Source: Chlamydiia bacterium (lineage in GTDB: Bacteria > Chlamydiota > Chlamydiia > Chlamydiales > JBMOFD01). From it: a DNA stretch of 30,786 nt. Below, piece by piece: positions 25,401-30,786 of the stretch. Where the stretch lies: contig JBMOFD010000013.1 of the NCBI GenBank assembly GCA_049314435.1, positions 1 through 30,786 on the forward strand. The letters run 5' to 3'. The notes beneath the pieces were generated by a model that was given only the letters and a program-made list of their open reading frames with translations, did no database searches and was not told where the DNA came from. Made by a program: the position numbers and the translations under genes. The first letter of the stretch is position 1. Each line of letters begins with the position of its first letter.

Positions 25401-26849
25401 TCGCTGAACACCCTTAGCTAGGGCATAGATCGATTGGGAACGTAGCCCCTGCCCTTTGCCGGGCAGGTCACTCGCCTCAACGCCTAGGGGGCTGAAGAGC
25501 ACGAGCCCCAATTGCCTTTCAGCTGGAGAGGCCTTCTGGTACTCGGATAGTGACCAGATCGGGAAATGGGCCGCTTGCAGATCGGGATGTTCTGGATGCC
25601 ACAAAGCAGAGATCGAAGCCTGTAGCTGAGTCAGCTCTTGCTGAACTACAGTCCGTAGATCCACGGCGATCAATCCAGTACCACCCGATAGCTGCTTCAG
25701 CGTGATCGATACGCCCGCTGCTCCCTGAGCAGGCTGCTCCTCTGTCACTCGAGCGAGATGAGCGCATTCCGCCATCAACCAGCGTTGGCCTTCGGCATCC
25801 TTTAGATCAGCATAGGAAACAAGCGTAAGAATCCCCTTACCCCAGTCCAGCAACAACTTCTGGAAGCAAGCATTGCGCCCACCCAGGTCGATCTCCTGTA
25901 CCGCTTGGGCGTAGGGAGAGCCACCTTGGTGCAGAAGCTGCTCCACCTGAGCAAGACCCATGGCTTTAGGTGCTCTGTCTAGCTGGGATCCATATTGGGC
26001 CACCAGCTCCTGAGCCCTCAGTAGTAGACCAGCCTGACGCTTCAGACCTTGTCGTGTCTCCACGTCCTCCGCCTGGGCCATCTCTGACTCCAGTGAGCTG
26101 TGTGCTTTCTGGAAAAGGGTCTTAAGGGAACCGGATGGGTTGCCGCGGCTGCCTCGGAAGAGATGCCCTAAGAAGCGCTCTCTTGGCGCCACGGGGAGTT
26201 GATCGATGAGCACCAGTTGGTGGGCAATCTGCAAGGCAGCCGCGAGCGGAGCACTCTCAGCTTGAGCCGTCGAGCCCATCAGAAGTTCAGTTTCTGTGGT
26301 CGGTCCGACCAACACTTCGGTGACGGCTGCTACGCGATCCAGCAGCACTTCACGAGCTAAAGGTGTCACACGACCTTGGTCAGCAAATGGAGCAAATCGC
26401 ATCCACTGATCGGCGGCCCCCTGGGGCGTCTCCAAGGAGCGACTTACCCACACTTCCCGCACATCTCCCGAATTGATATTCGAGAGCGCGAGTTGAGCTG
26501 GAACGAATGGCATGAGCGCGCCGGCGCGAGGCAGATATTGACGCACTGCGTCGGCTCCCTCTTTGTTGGAGGCGACGACACGGAAAAGACGTGGATCCCG
26601 AGCATGCTCGACCACCTCACCATCCACACCTAGGAGAGTTAAAAAGCTCTCCAACCAGGCCTTCTGTTCTACCTTCACCTGATCCACTCGATCATGGATC
26701 TGATGGATCACACTGACCGCCCGTCCGGCATCGATAGGATCTCGAAGAGGCTGCCGATAGTAGAAGACAGTGGGAAGGATATTAAAGACCGTGAGCAATC
26801 CAACAGTCAGGATGAGGCCAAATTGCCACCTTCGTCGCTTGTCCCGCAT
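22407..26849 (-). CDS. secDF: Fused protein translocase SecD/SecF with long chlamydial-type N-terminal extension
   Basis: [68 protein letters not shown] and [12 protein letters not shown]. Confidence 0.95.
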   Translation of the reverse strand: [1480 protein letters not shown]

Positions 26850-27060
26850 GAAAACGTCCAGTTGTATAGTCTGATGGAGTGCCGATCGCCTAGAGCCATG
26901 GTCCGAGGCGATCCTAGTCCCGAGAAGGGTCTAGAGCCATATCAAAGCCCTTGAGGACTCAACTTCCAGAGCGACTGCCGCGTGGCTTTGCATCGCCGCT
27001 GTAAGAGGGGCATCCCCGTGCAGTCATCTTAAATCGATCAAGCTAAAAAGTCTCGGGTTC

Positions 27061-27089
27061 TTGCTGGGATCACAATTTTTGTCTATACT
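27061..27089 (+). promoter_or_regulatory. Sigma70/sigma66-type promoter for uppS-cdsA
   Basis: TTGCTG, a 17-nt spacer, then TATACT, about 80-100 nt upstream of uppS. Confidence 0.5.
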
Positions 27090-27170
27090 CATCACTCTGG
27101 CGCGGCTGCCTCCGCCGTGGCGATCGTTTATCATTGAGATCCGTCATAGCGAGCCCATAGGCATCGTTCC

Positions 27171-27935
27171 TTGCTACCTACGAGGCTTCCTTTGAGCACA
27201 GCCGAAGCTTTATCTAGAAGCTGTGGCGCATCCCAGCAGGCACCTGCTCCCAAGCATGTGGCCATCATCATGGATGGAAACCGTCGTTGGGCTATGCAGA
27301 GAGACCTCCCTGTGGCGATTGGGCACATCAAGGGGGCTGAAACCCTTTTGGAAATCACTGAAGCGGCCATTGATCTTGGCATTGGTGTATTAACTGTGTA
27401 CGCATTCAGCACTGAGAATTGGCGACGAACCCCTGATGAATGCCGCAATATTTTCCAAATCATGGAGCAGTATTTGCAACGTGAATGCCCTAGGATGGTC
27501 GCTGAGGGTGTGCGTCTGCGCACGATCGGGTCGATTGAGCGGCTGCCTGAAGAACTGCGGTCGGCTCTGGCTCGCACGATGCAGGCTACGGCGCAAGGGC
27601 AAAGGATCGATCTCGTATTGGCCTTGAACTACGGTGGCCGTGATGAGATTGTACGCGCCGTACGCAAGGCGGCCAAGCGCGTGCAGCAGGGTGAACTCAG
27701 CCTCGACGATCTGGATGAGAAGTGCTTTGCCAGCATGCTCGACACGGCGGAGTGGCCCGATCCCGAGCTGATCATACGGACGAGTGGTGAAGTACGACTT
27801 AGCAATTTCCTGCTGTGGCAAGCTGGCTATGCGGAAGTCGTGCCCATGGAAGTTCTATGGCCCGATTTTAGCCGCAATCATCTGATGGAAGCCATTGCGA
27901 CCTACCAACAACGATCACGTCGTCACGGCGTATAA
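27171..27935 (+). CDS. uppS: Undecaprenyl diphosphate synthase (isoprenyl transferase)
   Basis: PKHVAIIMDGNRRWA, YAFSTENWRR, ALNYGGRDEI and IRTSGEVRLSNFLLWQ. Start may be TTG 27192, which has GAGG upstream. Confidence 0.96.
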   Translation: MLPTRLPLSTAEALSRSCGASQQAPAPKHVAIIMDGNRRWAMQRDLPVAIGHIKGAETLLEITEAAIDLGIGVLTVYAFSTENWRRTPDECRNIFQIMEQYLQRECPRMVAEGVRLRTIGSIERLPEELRSALARTMQATAQGQRIDLVLALNYGGRDEIVRAVRKAAKRVQQGELSLDDLDEKCFASMLDTAEWPDPELIIRTSGEVRLSNFLLWQAGYAEVVPMEVLWPDFSRNHLMEAIATYQQRSRRHGV

Positions 27936-27953
27936 CCTCCTGGTGGGCATCGC

Positions 27954-28778
27954 ATGGACCGATCCTCTCTAAGCCGCTGGCTGTATCACAGACTCTTCAT
28001 TGGCTCTCTTTTGGCCATTTGCTTTTTTGGGTTCTGCTGGTGGGCTCTGCACCTTCCACCTAGCCTCGCGCCCGTGGTAGGTCTACTGGTCACCTGCCTT
28101 GTGGGGGGGTGTGCACTCTGGGAGGCTAATCGATTGATCCCTGAAGCCGTACGTCCGCCCACGGTCATGTTATCGGCCACCTCTCTGCTTCTATGGGTTG
28201 GAGTCACCTGGCAGTTCGCCGAACTGGCTCTGTTAGGGAGCGTGCTCCTGAGCTTGGGCTGGCTAGCGTCACGGCTGCGTCGGGATGTTTTGGCTTGGGG
28301 AGGATTCTTGATCCCCTTTGTCTGGGTCGCGCTTCCCTTTGCTGCCGCCCTTTACATGTGGAATAGCGGGGCGGATGGCATCGCTTGGGTCCTGAGTTCG
28401 GTGATCTGCGTGAAGGGTGCTGACTCGGCAGCCTATGTGGGAGGCCTCACGTTGGGCCGTCATGCACTCGCTCCCCAATGGTCGCCTCGCAAGACATGGG
28501 AGGGCCTTGGTGCCGCGCTAGTAGGCGGGGCCTTGCTAGGATGGCTGACCTACGGTCTCTACATTGGATTACCCACGCTGTGGGCATTAGGCGTAGGCCT
28601 GGGGCTAGCGCTGGTTGGCGCCTTAGGTGATCTTTTGGAATCGGGGATCAAACGCGCAGCAAACGTCAAGGATAGCGGTCGCTGGGGAACCATTGGAGGA
28701 GCGCTGGATATCTCCGATGCGCTCCTCCTGGCATGGCCTGTGCTTATGGTCGCCAGGCCATATCTGCAGTCGTTTTAG
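27954..28778 (+). CDS. cdsA: Phosphatidate cytidylyltransferase
   Basis: Multi-TM protein with DSAAYVGG..LGRH.LAP..SPRKTWEG and GDLLESGIKRAANVKDSG....GGALD..D. Confidence 0.93.
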   Translation: MDRSSLSRWLYHRLFIGSLLAICFFGFCWWALHLPPSLAPVVGLLVTCLVGGCALWEANRLIPEAVRPPTVMLSATSLLLWVGVTWQFAELALLGSVLLSLGWLASRLRRDVLAWGGFLIPFVWVALPFAAALYMWNSGADGIAWVLSSVICVKGADSAAYVGGLTLGRHALAPQWSPRKTWEGLGAALVGGALLGWLTYGLYIGLPTLWALGVGLGLALVGALGDLLESGIKRAANVKDSGRWGTIGGALDISDALLLAWPVLMVARPYLQSF

Positions 28779-28783
28779 CGGTA

Positions 28784-29242
28784 TTAGTCGGCGTTTACGC
28801 GATCCCAGGAGAACTTGAAATCTTTCTGAGTTGTGGCACGTGTCTGTGTGGTGACACCATTCCGGGATGTGATCTGGTCGGCACTCGTGGTCGCCGATGT
28901 CTGCATCCTGGCCTGGACGGATCTTAGAGCCGAGAAAACATAACCCAGTGCTGCCACCATAAAGCTAGCCTTGCCCAAGAGGCAGACCAACGCGACTGCA
29001 ACACCAGCACCTAGGCATCGTCGAACAAGAGCGTTGGGCACCGAATTCTTCAGGACCAGCTCAGCTGCAGCAAAGCAGGCCCCAAAAGCTCCGCCCTGCC
29101 ATGGCGCCACCGCTGACAGCAGTCGACTCAACCCGATGTGAGTCACTCGGGATGCCAAAGCATTGCCTCCAGCTACAGCGAGTGATCCCACGACTCCAGC
29201 GATGGGAATAGAAAACCTTGAATTACAGATAAGACTGAACAT
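28784..29242 (-). CDS. Small hydrophobic hypothetical protein (possibly Inc-like)
   Basis: GGAGG RBS upstream of ATG; several Gly/Ala-rich hydrophobic stretches and a polar Thr/Ser-rich tail; fills the cdsA-cmk gap on the opposite strand. Confidence 0.6.
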   Translation of the reverse strand: MFSLICNSRFSIPIAGVVGSLAVAGGNALASRVTHIGLSRLLSAVAPWQGGAFGACFAAAELVLKNSVPNALVRRCLGAGVAVALVCLLGKASFMVAALGYVFSALRSVQARMQTSATTSADQITSRNGVTTQTRATTQKDFKFSWDRVNAD

Positions 29243-29422
29243 GCAGGTTGACCTCCGATTTGTTTCTGGCCATCGACTATGACCTGTGGATGTAAAGTTT
29301 GTATAAGGATCAAGGTCGCCTGACGGCGATCAGGCCACTGTTCACCCAGCTCTCCCGTCTACGCTCTTGCCCTCGGCACCCTCATCGAGTTAAGCTCATG
29401 CCTCGTGCCTACGAGGTAGCCC

Positions 29423-30091
29423 TTGATCATCACCATTGACGGACCGGCTGGCACCGGCAAATCGACGGTCGCACGTCGCCTTGCGGCACAACTCGGGTTT
29501 GTCTACTTCGACACCGGGGCTATGTACCGCGCCCTCACCTTCCAGATCCTTCGCGAAAAGATCGCCCTGGATGATGAGCAGGGCTCTAGAGGTATCGTTG
29601 AACAGTTTTCCTTCCATATCCGACCCAGCCCTGCAGGACCGCGTTATATTGTGGGTGATGAGGATGTCTCGGAGGTGATCCGTAGTGTTGAGGTCACTGC
29701 TGCGGTGTCTCAGGTAGCGGCTTTGCCTTGGGTCAGACATAGCCTGGTTAACATCCAGCGAAAATTTGGGTCGGACTGCAATGCGGTGTTTGAGGGTCGG
29801 GACCTGGGTTCAGTGGTCTTCCCCAACGCCGATCTGAAGGTTTTCCTGACCGCATCCCCTGAGGTGCGCTCTCAGCGCCGGTATGATGAATGGCTCGCCA
29901 AGAATCCACAGGATGCTCCGTCCAAAGAGCAGGTCCTTCGCGATCTTCTGCAGCGAGATCACCTAGATTCTACGCGGCAGCATAGCCCACTCATCCAACC
30001 ACAGGACGCTCTAGTCATCGACACCTCCGGTTTGACCGTAGAGCAAATTGTGGATCGTCTGGTCACGGCATGGCACAACAAGCATCTCTAG
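29423..30091 (+). CDS. cmk: Cytidylate kinase
   Basis: ITIDGPAGTGKST, DTGAMYRA, EGRDLGSVVFPNA and RDHLDSTR..SPL; GAGG before the TTG start. Confidence 0.97.
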   Translation: MIITIDGPAGTGKSTVARRLAAQLGFVYFDTGAMYRALTFQILREKIALDDEQGSRGIVEQFSFHIRPSPAGPRYIVGDEDVSEVIRSVEVTAAVSQVAALPWVRHSLVNIQRKFGSDCNAVFEGRDLGSVVFPNADLKVFLTASPEVRSQRRYDEWLAKNPQDAPSKEQVLRDLLQRDHLDSTRQHSPLIQPQDALVIDTSGLTVEQIVDRLVTAWHNKHL

Positions 30092-30717
30092 CCGACCAGC
30101 CGAGCTGGTTCTTCTACCGCATCTTTCGTGGATTAGCGCGAGCCATGCTCTGCGGCATTCGCATTCGCGTTGTTGGCTTTGATCGGATCCCTCAGGGAGC
30201 CGCCATCATCGCTCCCAACCACATCAGCTTCCTCGATCCCCCACTCGTTTGCATTGCACTGCAGCACCATTCTGCTCACTTCATGGCGCGCAAATCGCTC
30301 TTTGACACGGCGATCGGGTGGGGACTACGCCTTGGCCATGGCATCCCTGTCGAGAGAGGTCAGGCGGACCTCAAGGCTCTCCGAGGAGTTATGCAAGCCC
30401 TCAAGGCTGGCCGAAAGGTCGTGATTTTCCCTGAAGGAACGCGATCTATAACCGGAGAACTCCAGGAGTTTAAGCTGGGTCCCATGATCTGCGCTCAGAG
30501 AACGGGAGCTCCGATCGTGCCCGTATGTGTTCATGGGCATGAGGAGCTCTGGCCGATAGGCAAGAAGTGGCCTAGGCTATGGGGGCGCTGTACTGTGGCA
30601 TTTGGGGAGCCCATTCATCCGGATACTTTTGAGGATTCCCGCGAGGGTGCTCTGGCGATGTCCCAAGAACTCCGCGAACGGATGCTTCGTCTCAAGGAAA
30701 GTCTAGGTGGTGAGTAA
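30070..30717 (+). CDS. plsC: 1-acyl-sn-glycerol-3-phosphate acyltransferase
   Basis: HxxxxD motif (NHISFLD), FMARKSLF, IFPEGTRS and APIVPV. Confidence 0.92.
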   Translation: MAQQASLADQPSWFFYRIFRGLARAMLCGIRIRVVGFDRIPQGAAIIAPNHISFLDPPLVCIALQHHSAHFMARKSLFDTAIGWGLRLGHGIPVERGQADLKALRGVMQALKAGRKVVIFPEGTRSITGELQEFKLGPMICAQRTGAPIVPVCVHGHEELWPIGKKWPRLWGRCTVAFGEPIHPDTFEDSREGALAMSQELRERMLRLKESLGGE

Positions 30718-30724
30718 GAAAGAA

Positions 30725-30786
30725 TGCGGCTAAGATGACTCGAACATCCACCGGGTTGCCCCGACTAGAACCTGAATCTAGCGCGT
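30725..30786 (-). tRNA. tRNA-Leu(CAG), 5' part outside the window
   Basis: On the minus strand: anticodon arm CTAGA-TTCAGGT-TCTAG, long variable arm CGGG-GCAA-CCCG, T arm GGATG-TTCGAGT-CATCT, acceptor 3' strand TAGCCGC and discriminator A. CCA is not encoded. Confidence 0.93.

Noticed and set aside
22407..26849. The 1480-aa SecDF as a novel fusion
   Set aside because: A fused SecDF with a long N-terminal extension is, to my knowledge, the normal chlamydial form.
26884..26940. CTAGAGCCAT direct repeat and GATCGCCT/AGGCGATC inverted repeat upstream of secDF
   Set aside because: Short (8-10 bp), no recognisable RNA family or operator consensus, and could be chance.
29293..29320. TAAAGTTT as a sigma28 -35 element upstream of cmk
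   Set aside because: No matching CGA-containing -10 element at the expected spacing.

Overview
Chromosomal segment that looks chlamydial (phylum Chlamydiota, probably an environmental lineage). The call rests on gene content and order recalled from Chlamydia: dnaE, BamD-like TPR, LptE-like, rsbW, CT550-like and dacC; rsmA, SurA-like and rsmB/fmu; lnt, lpxC, fabZ, lpxA and fmt; a long fused secDF; uppS, cdsA, cmk and plsC; and a partial tRNA-Leu(CAG) at the right edge. GC looks high for the phylum (mid-50s % by eye, not computed). Accessory genes sit between the core genes: two Inc-like hydrophobic orphans, an AAA+/DUF4143-type ATPase preceded by three phased palindromes, DoxX, a collagen/C1q-like protein, an orphan ending in the eukaryotic prenylation motif CSIM, an SRPBCC protein and a small orphan. 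The most striking element is a polymorphic-toxin-like cassette at 12075-14395. It encodes a secreted protein with a degenerate Hint domain and a C-terminal toxin-like domain, translationally coupled to an immunity-like protein. That partner carries its own diverged copy of the toxin C-terminus (37/70 aa identical, putative catalytic residues changed). The cassette is bracketed by a 50-bp imperfect direct repeat that is also the lnt upstream region. A small two-hairpin repeat with compensatory substitutions occurs as two full copies and one partial copy, and one copy appears to lie in frame inside a lipoprotein leader. All functional calls come from motif recognition by eye; no database searches were run.
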